From an uncultured Candidatus Saccharibacteria bacterium (lineage in GTDB: Bacteria; Patescibacteriota; Minisyncoccia; Phycocordibacterales; UBA9973), in NCBI GenBank assembly GCA_964645245.1, contig CAZYBS010000002.1, positions 18,161 to 82,160 of the forward strand: DNA of 64,000 nt, given 5' to 3'. Below, piece after piece: positions 1-10,010 of this stretch. Position 1 is the stretch's first letter, and each line of letters begins with the position of its first letter. The position numbers and the translations under genes were made by a program. The notes under the pieces are model-generated. The model was given only the letters and a program-made list of their open reading frames with translations, had not been told where the DNA came from and did no database searches.

Positions 1-1
1 A

Positions 2-1171
2 AGATTATACGAAATCATCGATTCCCGCACTTCTTACGAGTGCCAGTATGGGCTTTTCTTGAAAGACTGTTCAAGTTGTCTTTATTGTTTTGACTGCCGA
101 GGCTGTAATAATTGCTTCATGTCTTCGAACCTTCGCAATAAAAGCTATGTTTTTCGCAACAAACAGCTTTCTCGCGAAGAACATATGAAAAAGAAGAAAG
201 AATTGGAACTTTCTTCCTTTACCAATAGAGAAGGCCTGCGCAGGGAATGGTTAGACATGATGACAAATTCGATTCACCGATATGTCAGAAGCGCAAGAAA
301 TATAAATTCCACAGGCAGTTTTATTTATGATTGTAAAAATGTAACTCGATCTTTCGAAGTAGATAAAGGAGAAGACTCGAAACATCTGTATGCTACCATT
401 GACCCTAAAAACTGCATGGACCTCTACCATGTGGGTCTAAATCTTGAACTTTGTTATGAATGTCAGGGGTGCACGCGAACTTCCAACTGCCAATTTTGCC
501 ATCTGTGTTATGACAACATGAATGTTTCTTATTCCGATACTTGCCAAAACAGTCAGAACTTATTTGGCTGTGTATCTGTGAAAAAGGGTGAATATATGAT
601 TTTTAATAAAAAATATTCAAAAGCTGAATATGAAAAATTAAAAGCAAAAATCATTGAACACATGAGAAAAATAGGGGAGTACGGCGAATTTTTCCCGCCC
701 CAAAATGCGCCGGTGTATTACAATGAAACACAGGGCGCTCTCTATGTGCCAATGGAGAAAGAAGAAGTTTTAGCTAAAGGTTGGCATTGGGAAGACAATA
801 TTCCTGGGACTTTTGGGAAAGAAACAATCTCTGGTGGAGCTATACCCGATAAAATAGAGGATGTGCCGGACTCTTTTTTGAGTGAAGTTTTTTCTTGCGC
901 CACTTGTTCAAAAAATTATAATATTACTCAGAATGAACTTCTTTTCTTGAGAAAAGAGAGTGTGCCATTTCCCAGAAAATGCCCAAATTGCCGCTACAAG
1001 CGCAGATTTGATCTGCGTCCACCGAGAAGGCTTTGGCACAGGCAATGCATGTGCGACAGAAAAGACCATGGTCACGCGGGGAAATGTGATAATGAATTTG
1101 AGACCTCATACGCTCCTGGGCGACCAGAAAAAGTTTACTGCGAGAGCTGTTACAACAAAGAAGTATACTAA
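2..1171 (+). CDS. Cys-rich repeat protein with C-terminal zinc-ribbon, paralogue 1 (5'-truncated by window edge)
   Basis: Frame open from position 2; repeated CxxCxxCFxC motifs; ends FETSYAPGRPEKVYCESCYNKEVY like the four other paralogues. Confidence 0.85.
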   Translation, partial: RLYEIIDSRTSYECQYGLFLKDCSSCLYCFDCRGCNNCFMSSNLRNKSYVFRNKQLSREEHMKKKKELELSSFTNREGLRREWLDMMTNSIHRYVRSARNINSTGSFIYDCKNVTRSFEVDKGEDSKHLYATIDPKNCMDLYHVGLNLELCYECQGCTRTSNCQFCHLCYDNMNVSYSDTCQNSQNLFGCVSVKKGEYMIFNKKYSKAEYEKLKAKIIEHMRKIGEYGEFFPPQNAPVYYNETQGALYVPMEKEEVLAKGWHWEDNIPGTFGKETISGGAIPDKIEDVPDSFLSEVFSCATCSKNYNITQNELLFLRKESVPFPRKCPNCRYKRRFDLRPPRRLWHRQCMCDRKDHGHAGKCDNEFETSYAPGRPEKVYCESCYNKEVY

Positions 1172-1214
1172 AATCTTATTCTAGTATTTTGCAAAAGACT
1201 GAAATAATAAAAAC

Positions 1215-2894
1215 ATGAAAAGCGAAATAAAAATGTGCCAAAACTGCAAACAAGATTTCATTATAGAAGAGGAAGACTTCAATTTCTATGAGAAGATAAA
1301 AGTACCACCGCCGACTTTTTGCCTGGAGTGCCGGCAAGTAAGAAGAATGGTTTGCGCCAACGAGCGGGTATTCTATAAAAGAAAATCTGATCTTGGCGGA
1401 GCCGATATTTTCAGCATGTATCCTCCAGATACGCCTTTTCCGGTGTACGAAACTAAGGAATTTTACTCCGACGAATGGGATCCATATCAATATGGGGCTG
1501 ATTATGATTTCTCTCGACCGTTTTTTGAGCAGTTTAAAGAGTTGTTTGACAAAGTCCCGCGCATGGCGCTGGTTCGGCAGGGTTTTTCCATTAATAGCGA
1601 ATACACCCATCGAGTGCATGACCTAAAAAATTGTTATATGGTTTTCCGCGCTTCTGATTGTGAAGATTCGCTTTATACTTATACGGCCCTAGACGCTAAA
1701 AACTGCGTAGACTGCTTTAATGTAAATCACTCCGAGCTTTGTTATGAATGCATAGACTGCAATAAGTGCTATAAAACCAGATTTTCCCAAGAATCCGCCG
1801 AGTGCCGGGATTCCCTGTTTTTATACGCTTGCCGCAACTGCTCCAATTGCGTTGGCTGTGTGAATCTAGTAAATCAAGAATATTGTATTTGGAACGCCAA
1901 ATATTCAAAAGAAGAATATTTTAAGAAGCTCATTGACCTGAAGCTTAATACCGCTTCCGGTATTTCCAAAATGGAACGCAAATTTTCTGAACTCAAGAAA
2001 AAGTTTCCTCAAAGGGCGATTATGTCCCTTAAATCCAATAAAGTTTCAGGTAATTGGTTTTTGAATTGCGAAAATGTAAAAAATTCTTTCGGCTGCGTGA
2101 ATTTGAAAGACTGCAAATATATTTATTTCGCGTTCAATGAACAGGATTGCATGGATCATTTTCAGTGGGGCGATTCTTCCGAGCTCATATATGAGTCCGC
2201 CAATTGCGGCATAAACGACTCCAGGATTTTTTTCTGTTCGCAATGCTGGTCCAGCGCTCATGACCTGTATTACTGCGATTCATGTCCGAGCTCGAGCTAC
2301 TCGTTCGGGTGCATCGGCTTGAAGAAAGGCGAATATTCAATACTTAATAAAAAATACACTAAAGGAGAATATGAGAAGTTAGTGCCGAAAATTATTGAGC
2401 ATATGAAACAGACAGGGGAGTACGGCGAGTTCTTTCCGCATACATTAAGCCCTTTTGCCTACAACGAAACAGCCGCAATTGATTTCTATCCACTTGCCAA
2501 AGAAGAAGCCATACGGAGAGGCTACAAATGGAAAGACCGGGAAAAGAGGAATTATAATATAACCAAAGAGGGAAAAGAACTTCCGGAAACCATAAGGGAG
2601 GTCGACGATTCAATACTTAAAGAAGTTATCGGCTGCGCCGAGAAAGACAAAGTTTATTCTACCGGAGCTTACCGTATTACGGAAAATGAACTCTCTTTTT
2701 ATCGGAGAATGGATTTACCTCTCCCCAGAGTATGTTTTGATGTGCGGCATACTAGACGTTTAGGGAAACGCCCGCCGATGCGTACAATAAAACGCTTCTG
2801 TTCAAAATGTAATATAGAAGTTGAAACAGCTTATGATGAAAATTACGCTCCCATAATTTACTGCGAAAAATGTTATCAGCAGGAGGTGTATTAA
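1215..2894 (+). CDS. Cys-rich repeat protein, paralogue 2
   Basis: N-terminal CQNCKQDFIIE..DFNFYEKIKVPPPTFC..CR and C-terminal YCEKCYQQEVY shared across the family. Confidence 0.9.
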   Translation: MKSEIKMCQNCKQDFIIEEEDFNFYEKIKVPPPTFCLECRQVRRMVCANERVFYKRKSDLGGADIFSMYPPDTPFPVYETKEFYSDEWDPYQYGADYDFSRPFFEQFKELFDKVPRMALVRQGFSINSEYTHRVHDLKNCYMVFRASDCEDSLYTYTALDAKNCVDCFNVNHSELCYECIDCNKCYKTRFSQESAECRDSLFLYACRNCSNCVGCVNLVNQEYCIWNAKYSKEEYFKKLIDLKLNTASGISKMERKFSELKKKFPQRAIMSLKSNKVSGNWFLNCENVKNSFGCVNLKDCKYIYFAFNEQDCMDHFQWGDSSELIYESANCGINDSRIFFCSQCWSSAHDLYYCDSCPSSSYSFGCIGLKKGEYSILNKKYTKGEYEKLVPKIIEHMKQTGEYGEFFPHTLSPFAYNETAAIDFYPLAKEEAIRRGYKWKDREKRNYNITKEGKELPETIREVDDSILKEVIGCAEKDKVYSTGAYRITENELSFYRRMDLPLPRVCFDVRHTRRLGKRPPMRTIKRFCSKCNIEVETAYDENYAPIIYCEKCYQQEVY

Positions 2895-2968
2895 AGTAAA
2901 GAAATAAATTTGTTGTGTGTTATAATTATAAAGTCGAAAATTATTAATTTAATTTTATAAATAATTTC

Positions 2969-3445
2969 ATGTTTAGAAAAACTTTAGTGTTTTCAGGTTT
3001 GCTTTTAGCATTATCGTTGGTAGTTGCTCCAGTGTCAGCAGAGACCACAACTGGAACGACTGCTCCAGTTTCCGCTTCAGCGAAAGCAGCAGCCAAATCT
3101 GCTGACGTAGCCGCTAAAATCGCATGTGTTGCGAGCGCTGTCAGTATTCGTGAAGCAGCTATTAGTACAGCCTTTGCGGCACATTCCCAAGCTGTTTCTG
3201 CTGCATATACCACTCGTGCTAATGAACTCTTGGGTGCGTACTCTAATACAACCGCGGCCAAAGTGCAGGTGGGGGTCAAAGTTTCTTGGGCTGGTTTTAA
3301 CAAGACAGTGAAGTCTGCTACCAATACTTGGAAAACAAGTCGCAATGCTGCTTGGTCAGCATTCAGATCTGCTGTGACAGCATGTAAAGCCCCCACAGGC
3401 GTTTCTGACTCTTCTAATTCCAGCTCTGAGCCAAGTGGACAATAG
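2969..3445 (+). CDS. Secreted Ala/Thr/Ser-rich helical protein of unknown function
   Basis: Signal peptide (MFRKTLVFSGLLLALSLVVAPVSA), two Cys flanking an Ala-rich helical core. Confidence 0.8.
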   Translation: MFRKTLVFSGLLLALSLVVAPVSAETTTGTTAPVSASAKAAAKSADVAAKIACVASAVSIREAAISTAFAAHSQAVSAAYTTRANELLGAYSNTTAAKVQVGVKVSWAGFNKTVKSATNTWKTSRNAAWSAFRSAVTACKAPTGVSDSSNSSSEPSGQ

Positions 3446-3470
3446 GAAAAATACATTTACGAAGTTAAAT

Positions 3471-3500
3471 AAAAAATCCTTGACACAAATAAGGATTTTT
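3471..3500. terminator. Probable bidirectional intrinsic terminator
   Basis: aaaaaatcctt...aaggatttttt inverted repeat between convergent genes. Confidence 0.6.
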
Positions 3501-4018
3501 TATTTCCCAAACGCTTCGAACAGAATTTTTTTTGTCTCCTCGTCTATAAATTGGGTGACAATGATCATCATTTCGGTTGTGAGTCCCAAGTCCTTTTTTA
3601 TATTCGTAAATAAGTGCTCAAAGGGGTAGGGGGAAATCCAGGCGGAATTTTTCAGGCAGACAAAGCCCGCTTTTTTAAGAAGGTAGCGCAGGCCCTCCCG
3701 CTCGCCTTTTCTGTTTTCCGGCAAATCCAAAAGAATAATTCTCCAGAATCCATCCCATGTTTGAGGGACCAGGGCGTCTTCGCTCTCTAGTGTCATGGTG
3801 TTCAGCTTGGTTTTTCCGTGAGCTGTGATTTTGGCGTAATTTTGCCTTTCTGTTGCATGCATTTCAGCATATCCGCCTTCCACCAGGTTTTTAAGAGCAC
3901 GGGCCAAAGCGTAGGAGGTTTTTGCGTCTTTGTCTTTTAGTTCCTCCACAGAAACTGCCGGCTTCTCAGCCAGCTTTTTAAGTATTTTTTTACTGTATTT
4001 TTCTTTTGGACTTGACAT
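3500..4018 (-). CDS. PaaX-like transcriptional regulator (winged helix plus Cas2-like ferredoxin domain)
   Basis: WDGFWRIILLDLPE...R..LR..L...GF..LKNSAWISPYP motif typical of PaaX-family proteins; divergent from dnaK. Confidence 0.75.
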   Translation of the reverse strand: MSSPKEKYSKKILKKLAEKPAVSVEELKDKDAKTSYALARALKNLVEGGYAEMHATERQNYAKITAHGKTKLNTMTLESEDALVPQTWDGFWRIILLDLPENRKGEREGLRYLLKKAGFVCLKNSAWISPYPFEHLFTNIKKDLGLTTEMMIIVTQFIDEETKKILFEAFGK

Positions 4019-4138
4019 GCTTATAGCCTATCATATATACTCTCATTATACAAGTTTTTCGTGGTCGCAAATTAAATGTTAATTATTAATTTAACCTTAT
4101 GCCGCCTATGCTAAAGCTATGGCGAGCCAAAGAAATAT

Positions 4139-6049
4139 ATGAGCAAAATTATAGGAATAGATTTGGGTACGACAAATTCGGCTGTTGCCGTGATTGAAGG
4201 GGGTGCACCAAAGATTGTTGAAAATGTGGAAGGCAATCGCACTACCCCTTCAGTAGTTTCGGTTGCTAAAAATGGAGACCGGCTGGTGGGCTTACTGGCC
4301 AAGAGGCAAGCGGTGACAAACCCGGAAAATACGGTTTATGGCATTAAGCGTTTTATGGGCCATAATTTTGATGATGCCGAAGTACAGAAAGATTTGAAAA
4401 ATGCGTCGTTCAAGGTTCAGAAATCCGCAAACGGCGGAGTAGAGGTGAAAATTGGTGATAAATGGATGCGCCCGGAAGAAGTTTCCGCGATGATTTTAGG
4501 AAAAATAAAAGGGGATGTAGAAGCAAAACTGGGAGAAAAGATTACCGAAGCAGTCATCACTGTGCCGGCCTATTTCAATGATGCGCAAAGAAAAGCCACC
4601 AAAGACGCCGGAGCGATTGCCGGACTAGACGTAAAACGCATCATTAACGAACCCACGGCAGCTGCTCTTGCTTACGGCTTTAATAAAAAGAAAAACGAAA
4701 AAATAGTGGTGTATGATTTTGGCGGGGGAACTTTTGATGTCTCTATTCTGGAGATTGGAGATGATGTAGTAGAAGTTAAATCCACGGACGGGGACAGCCA
4801 CTTAGGGGGCCGTGATATTGACCATAAAATCATAAACTTCATTGCGGAAGAATTTAAAAAAACTTCCGGTGTAGATGTACGCAAAGACAAGCTGGCCCTG
4901 CAGCGTCTGGACGAAGCGGCCGAGAAAGCCAAGATAGAGCTTTCAACTGCGGTTGAAACAGAAGTCAATATTCCGTTTATTACTTCTACCGCGGCCGGCC
5001 CTCAACATTTGCTTTTGAAAATGACTCGCGCTCAATTGGAATCCATTGCCGACGAGTATATTGCCCGTGCCGTAGAAATTACCAAGCGCGCGATGGCCGC
5101 TTCCGGTTTTAAAATTGAAGACATGAATGAAGTGATAATGGTCGGCGGACAGACCCGCATGCCGAAAATTGTGGAAGAAGTGAAAAAGATTTTTAATAAG
5201 ACTCCAAACTTATCCATCAACCCTGACGAAGTCGTGGCGCTCGGCGCGGCGGTGCAGGCTGGCGTATTGCAGGGGGATGTGCGCGACGTTCTCTTGCTTG
5301 ATGTCATACCGCTTTCACTTGGTATTGAAACATTGGGCGGAGTGGCTACTAAATTAATTGAAAGAAATACGACTATTCCATCCTCTAAGTCTCAAATATT
5401 CTCAACCGCGGCTGATAACCAGACTTCAGTGGAAATCCATATTGTGCAAGGGGAGCGTCCGATGGCATCTGACAATAAATCTCTTGGCAGGTTTATTCTA
5501 GACGGCGTGCCACCAGCGCCTCGCGGCATGCCGCAGATTGAGGTGGTCTTTGATGTGGATGCGAATGGAATTTTGAATGTGACGGCGAAAGATAAAGCTT
5601 CCGGTAAAACCCAGTCAATACGGATAGAAGCGAGCTCCGGATTAAAAGAAGAAGATATTAAGAAGATGCAAGCAGATGCAGAACTTCACGCCGAAGAAGA
5701 TAAAAAGAAAAAAGAAGTTGTAGATATAAAGAATACGGCGGAAATGATTATTTACACTGCCGAAAAAGCGCTCAAAGACAATGAAGCAAAAATCCCGGCA
5801 GAATTAAAAGACAGCGTCAATGCCAAAATATCTGCGCTCAAAACTGCCAAGGACGGCACTGACTCTGATGCAATTAAAAAAGCTACAGAAGAACTTTCTG
5901 CCGAAATGTCCAAAATAGGGGAAGCTATGGCTAAGGCCGGAGCAGACAACCCTTCGGCAAGCTCAGGACAGGCCCCCGAAGAACAAAACCCAGAAGTAAA
6001 AGATGCGGAGTTTAAGGAAAAGAAAAACGGGGAAGAGCCTAAATCCTAA
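4139..6049 (+). CDS. dnaK: Chaperone DnaK (Hsp70)
   Basis: [35 protein letters not shown] motifs. Confidence 0.99.
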   Translation: MSKIIGIDLGTTNSAVAVIEGGAPKIVENVEGNRTTPSVVSVAKNGDRLVGLLAKRQAVTNPENTVYGIKRFMGHNFDDAEVQKDLKNASFKVQKSANGGVEVKIGDKWMRPEEVSAMILGKIKGDVEAKLGEKITEAVITVPAYFNDAQRKATKDAGAIAGLDVKRIINEPTAAALAYGFNKKKNEKIVVYDFGGGTFDVSILEIGDDVVEVKSTDGDSHLGGRDIDHKIINFIAEEFKKTSGVDVRKDKLALQRLDEAAEKAKIELSTAVETEVNIPFITSTAAGPQHLLLKMTRAQLESIADEYIARAVEITKRAMAASGFKIEDMNEVIMVGGQTRMPKIVEEVKKIFNKTPNLSINPDEVVALGAAVQAGVLQGDVRDVLLLDVIPLSLGIETLGGVATKLIERNTTIPSSKSQIFSTAADNQTSVEIHIVQGERPMASDNKSLGRFILDGVPPAPRGMPQIEVVFDVDANGILNVTAKDKASGKTQSIRIEASSGLKEEDIKKMQADAELHAEEDKKKKEVVDIKNTAEMIIYTAEKALKDNEAKIPAELKDSVNAKISALKTAKDGTDSDAIKKATEELSAEMSKIGEAMAKAGADNPSASSGQAPEEQNPEVKDAEFKEKKNGEEPKS

Positions 6050-6054
6050 TAAAT

Positions 6055-6996
6055 ATGAAAAATAATTTAATAAAGAAGAAAAAAGTTTTCATTTTCCTTT
6101 TTATTATTTTGAGTTTATTTTACGTGAATAGGTTTTCTTATGCGCAAACAACTTTTATTGAAGTTCGAAATCAAACTAAAGACAACACCCAGCGTATACA
6201 AGATATTGAAGACAAGATGCTAGATCTTAAGGATAACTATAGATTACTTTATGATGGGGCTAAAAATCAAAATGATCAACTAGGTAATCTGATTTCTTAT
6301 TCAGGGTATATTTTGGCTATTTTGGGTATTATTCTTGCTGCATATATAAATAGTCAGTATAAAAAAATTAAAGAGTTGAAAGACATTGTTGAAACTACTA
6401 AAGAGTACATTGATAAAGATAATAAAAAATTATATGAAAATATAACAAGAGACGAGACACTAAAATTACTTAAGAGATTGAAAGAAGTTCCAGAAGATAT
6501 TACAAATATTTATCACTTATTGTTTTCGCGAGATTTATTAGAAGAAGATTATATATCCCTTAAAGAACAATATTTAAAAATCAAAAATGACAACTCTCAA
6601 AGAGAGGCGAAAGATATTTATATTATGTTATTAATGCAACATTTCCCATATCAGTCCCTAAAAGATTCAGAATTAAAGACCGAAGTAATTTCTAAAATAG
6701 ACTTAGATAGCTTAAATAGTATGTTTAGTAGAGATATTAAAAATTTTTTTGTTGAAACATTAAAATATTTAAAAGAATTTGGTATTGGACATGAGCAAGA
6801 AAAGACAATTATAAAAAATTTATTCTATTTCTATTCAAAGTCCCATTTCCAAGCTAATGTTGAACTAAATAATTACATCAAAGAATCAGTTGTAAAATCT
6901 AGTCTAAATGTTTTAGATATTCACAGTGTGGCGAAAGAACAAGCTCCCACAGATTCAACATATACAAATTGGTTAAATTCTATTTTCTCTTCCTAA
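6055..6996 (+). CDS. Hypothetical membrane-anchored coiled-coil protein, very AT-rich
   Basis: 313-aa ORF; N-terminal hydrophobic segment and a second TM (YSGYILAILGIILAAYI). Confidence 0.7.
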   Translation: MKNNLIKKKKVFIFLFIILSLFYVNRFSYAQTTFIEVRNQTKDNTQRIQDIEDKMLDLKDNYRLLYDGAKNQNDQLGNLISYSGYILAILGIILAAYINSQYKKIKELKDIVETTKEYIDKDNKKLYENITRDETLKLLKRLKEVPEDITNIYHLLFSRDLLEEDYISLKEQYLKIKNDNSQREAKDIYIMLLMQHFPYQSLKDSELKTEVISKIDLDSLNSMFSRDIKNFFVETLKYLKEFGIGHEQEKTIIKNLFYFYSKSHFQANVELNNYIKESVVKSSLNVLDIHSVAKEQAPTDSTYTNWLNSIFSS

Positions 6997-7035
6997 AGCT
7001 TTTAGTTTTGGCTATTTTTTGATATAATTTTATTC

Positions 7036-7482
7036 ATGGTTGAATACAAAAAAAGTTCTGCGGTATTAGTTTTTAATGATAAAGGTGAGCTTGCGTTACA
7101 GCTACGTGCTGCGAACGATAGCTCATTTCCTTCTCATTGGGATTTTTCGGCAGGTGGTGGAATTGATGAAGGAGAAGATAATAAATATTCTGCTGAAAGG
7201 GAACTAAAAGAAGAACTCGGTATTGATGCAGAAGTAGAATTTATAATTGAAGAGCATTATACATATCCAGCTTGGAATCCATCCGTGAAAAGGGAAGTAG
7301 ATCTTTTCATTTACAAAACTTTTCACAATGGACCATTTAATCCAGATCTCAAAGAAATTGAGAAAGTGGAGTTTTTTGCACTTGATACAATTAAAAAAAT
7401 GATTAAATCCAGTCAGAAATTTCATCCGGAATTTGTTCTATCATGGAATAAAGGAATTATTTCTCAAGCCCTTATAAATTAA
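7036..7482 (+). CDS. NUDIX hydrolase (IPP-isomerase-like subfamily)
   Basis: Nudix box GGIDEGEDNKYSAERELKEELG preceded by LQLR...FPSHWDFSAG. Confidence 0.9.
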   Translation: MVEYKKSSAVLVFNDKGELALQLRAANDSSFPSHWDFSAGGGIDEGEDNKYSAERELKEELGIDAEVEFIIEEHYTYPAWNPSVKREVDLFIYKTFHNGPFNPDLKEIEKVEFFALDTIKKMIKSSQKFHPEFVLSWNKGIISQALIN

Positions 7483-7491
7483 GGGCTTTTT
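7467..7491 (+). terminator. Intrinsic terminator
   Basis: aagccctta-taaat-taagggctt followed by T run. Confidence 0.7.
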
Positions 7492-7596
7492 GCTTGACTT
7501 TTAACATAAAATGTGCTATACTTGTACCGTTATCAGAATTGAGTTTCTGGTAGCCTCTACGGATGTTTCGTAGAGATTGTACATTGAAAGGTTCGT

Positions 7597-7743
7597 ATGA
7601 AAAAAAGGATTGCGTTTTTTGTCGTGATCGTGGCACCGAGCGTGGTAACCATGGTGCTCAGCGGAGTTCATCCTGGGTGGATCACGGCCAATGTGCTGTG
7701 GTTTGTCCTGTTGGCTGCCGTGCACAAACTCCGGCAAGACTAG
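7597..7743 (+). CDS. 48-aa hydrophobic small protein (not in ORF track)
   Basis: MKKRIAFFVVIVAPSVVTMVLSGVHPGWITANVLWFVLLAAVHKLRQD; SD-like gaaagg; upstream TTGACT-N17-TATACT promoter. Confidence 0.6.
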   Translation: MKKRIAFFVVIVAPSVVTMVLSGVHPGWITANVLWFVLLAAVHKLRQD

Positions 7744-7964
7744 CTTGCAACACAAGAGCGCAAACTCTTGATAAAAAATCTTGCCGCCAGCGTTCGAGAG
7801 TTTACAGGCGTTAAAGTCAGAACTCTCAATATCATCATCTCTCACTCATTAGAACCTTCGGGTTTTCTAATAGTGAGCAGTACAATGAAGGTTTTTGTCT
7901 AAATCTTTATTCCTCTGCTCATAACTCCTTTAATTTTTGCGAATTTCTGCTATAATTTACCCAT

Positions 7965-9941
7965 ATGGACTTGCCGGAAATACCCATAAATAAAGAAATC
8001 ACCTATCTCGGAATTACTACTTACAGGGACAAAAACCAGCTTTTTGGCATCAAGCGCAAAGACAGGCGCCAGCATGTTTATCTGTTGGGAAAGTCCGGTA
8101 CCGGTAAATCAGTGCTGATGTTCAACATGATTATCCAGAATATCCAAAATGGCGACGGGGTCTGCATGGTTGACCCGCATGGAGAAAATGTTGAAGCAAT
8201 TCTCTCCGCCATCCCGCCGCACCGCATGAAGGATGTGGTTTATTTCAATCCGGCCGATGCTGATTATCATATCGGCTTTAATGTATTGGAGCTGATTGAC
8301 CCGCAATACAAGCACTTGGTGGCTTCGGGACTGATGGGCATTTTTACTAAAATTTGGGCCAATGCCTGGAGCGCCCGAATGGAATATATTTTAAATAATG
8401 CAATTCTGGCTTTGCTGGATACGCCGGGCACGACGCTCCTGGGGATTCCTCGAATGCTGGTGGACAAAGATTATCGCCAGAAAATAATTTCCAATTTAAA
8501 GGACCCGGTCATCAAGGCTTTCTGGGTGCACGAATATGAAGCTTGGCAAGATAAATTCCGTAATGAAGCGATCGCCCCGATTCAGAATAAAGTCGGGCAG
8601 TTTCTTTCCACTTCCATCATCCGCAATGTCGTCGGTCAGTCCAAGAGCACGATTAATATCTTTGACATGATGAATGAGAGGAAAATTTTTCTGGTGAATG
8701 TTTCCAAGGGGCGCATCGGAGAGGACAACTCCGGCCTTTTGGGCGGCATGATTATTACCAAAATCCAGCTGGCCGCCATGGAACGCGTGCGTATTCCGGA
8801 AGAGTCCCGCACCGACTTTTATCTTTATGTGGATGAATTTCAGAATTTCGTGACCGATGCTTTTGCCGGCATTTTATCGGAGGCCAGAAAATACAGATTG
8901 AACCTGACGGTGGCTCACCAATATACCGCTCAACTTATTTCCGACAAAAGTTCCGCTGTACGCGATGCCGTCTTCGGTAATGTCGGTACAATGATTGTCT
9001 TTCGAACAGGCGCCGATGACGCGGAATTTCTGGAAAAAGAATTTGATCCGGAATTTACTCCGCAGGATATAGTGAACTTGCCCAACTATAAAGCTTATTT
9101 GAAATTAATGATCGATGGCGTAACATCCCGTCCTTTTTCCGCCAAAACTTTGCCACCGCTGGTAAAATCCGGCAATAAAGAGATTGAAGAAGAGGTAATA
9201 AAATCTTCTCGTATATTGTATTGTCGGCCGAGAGAGGTTGTGGAAAGGGAAATCAATGACTGGAGCGGAATGTCGCTGGGTGATGAAAATGCCCCAGGCG
9301 GTAGTATAGAAAAATTTCCAGCTGTCTGTTCAAGTTGCAAGAAAGAGACTACAGTTCCCTTCAAGCCGGAAAAAGGGCGTCCAGTTTACTGTAAAGAATG
9401 CATAGCCAGGATAAAGTCTGGTGAGATAAAAGTAGAAAAAGGGTCAGAAAATCAAATTAAACATGATGAAACTAAATTTTTCAAGCCGTTGGCTGATTTG
9501 GGTATAGAGTTTGAACAAAAAGATAGGGGTAGAATTAAAGAAGCAGAAAGATATCCCGAGAGAATTGATAAACATGGAATCATAGGGGCCGTGAAAAAAG
9601 TTTTTACCAAAAGTGAGATGCCAGTCCCAACCAAAGTCGAGATTCCTAAAAAACCCAAGGAAAATTTAGCATTAAGGGAAGTTTTAAATAAAATAAGTGA
9701 ACCAGTTTCGCTTGATACTTTAAAAAATAAGACCAAAGAAACTATATCCTCTAAGGATCGTGCCGCTAGCCCGGAAGATATGAGTAAGTTAAAAGACCTA
9801 ATTTTAGAAAAAGTTCCCGAAGCTAAAGAGGAGGAAAAGGAGGAGAAAGCCCCGACGCCCGCAGGGGTCGGGGTCCCGACTTCTAAGAGCGTCGGGACAA
9901 AAGAAGTGCCGGAAGACGTTTTGAGAAAAGTTTTGGAATAA
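7965..9941 (+). CDS. VirD4/TraG/HerA-like P-loop ATPase with C-terminal CxxC-x17-CxxC zinc ribbon
   Basis: Walker A GKSGTGKS, DPHGE, Walker B LYVDEFQNF, SEARKY; CSSCKKETTVPFKPEKGRPVYCKEC. Confidence 0.9.
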   Translation: MDLPEIPINKEITYLGITTYRDKNQLFGIKRKDRRQHVYLLGKSGTGKSVLMFNMIIQNIQNGDGVCMVDPHGENVEAILSAIPPHRMKDVVYFNPADADYHIGFNVLELIDPQYKHLVASGLMGIFTKIWANAWSARMEYILNNAILALLDTPGTTLLGIPRMLVDKDYRQKIISNLKDPVIKAFWVHEYEAWQDKFRNEAIAPIQNKVGQFLSTSIIRNVVGQSKSTINIFDMMNERKIFLVNVSKGRIGEDNSGLLGGMIITKIQLAAMERVRIPEESRTDFYLYVDEFQNFVTDAFAGILSEARKYRLNLTVAHQYTAQLISDKSSAVRDAVFGNVGTMIVFRTGADDAEFLEKEFDPEFTPQDIVNLPNYKAYLKLMIDGVTSRPFSAKTLPPLVKSGNKEIEEEVIKSSRILYCRPREVVEREINDWSGMSLGDENAPGGSIEKFPAVCSSCKKETTVPFKPEKGRPVYCKECIARIKSGEIKVEKGSENQIKHDETKFFKPLADLGIEFEQKDRGRIKEAERYPERIDKHGIIGAVKKVFTKSEMPVPTKVEIPKKPKENLALREVLNKISEPVSLDTLKNKTKETISSKDRAASPEDMSKLKDLILEKVPEAKEEEKEEKAPTPAGVGVPTSKSVGTKEVPEDVLRKVLE

Positions 9942-10010
9942 AATGCAAAGTGAAATTAGAAATTGCCCCGCCTTCGCTAAAGCTACGGACGGGCAGGCAA
10001 AATTGCAAAT

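Noticed and set aside
7516-7845. ORF-track calls 7516..7845 (-) and 7563..7814 (+)
   Set aside because: No convincing start context; the 48-aa ORF at 7597 with promoter and SD explains the region better.
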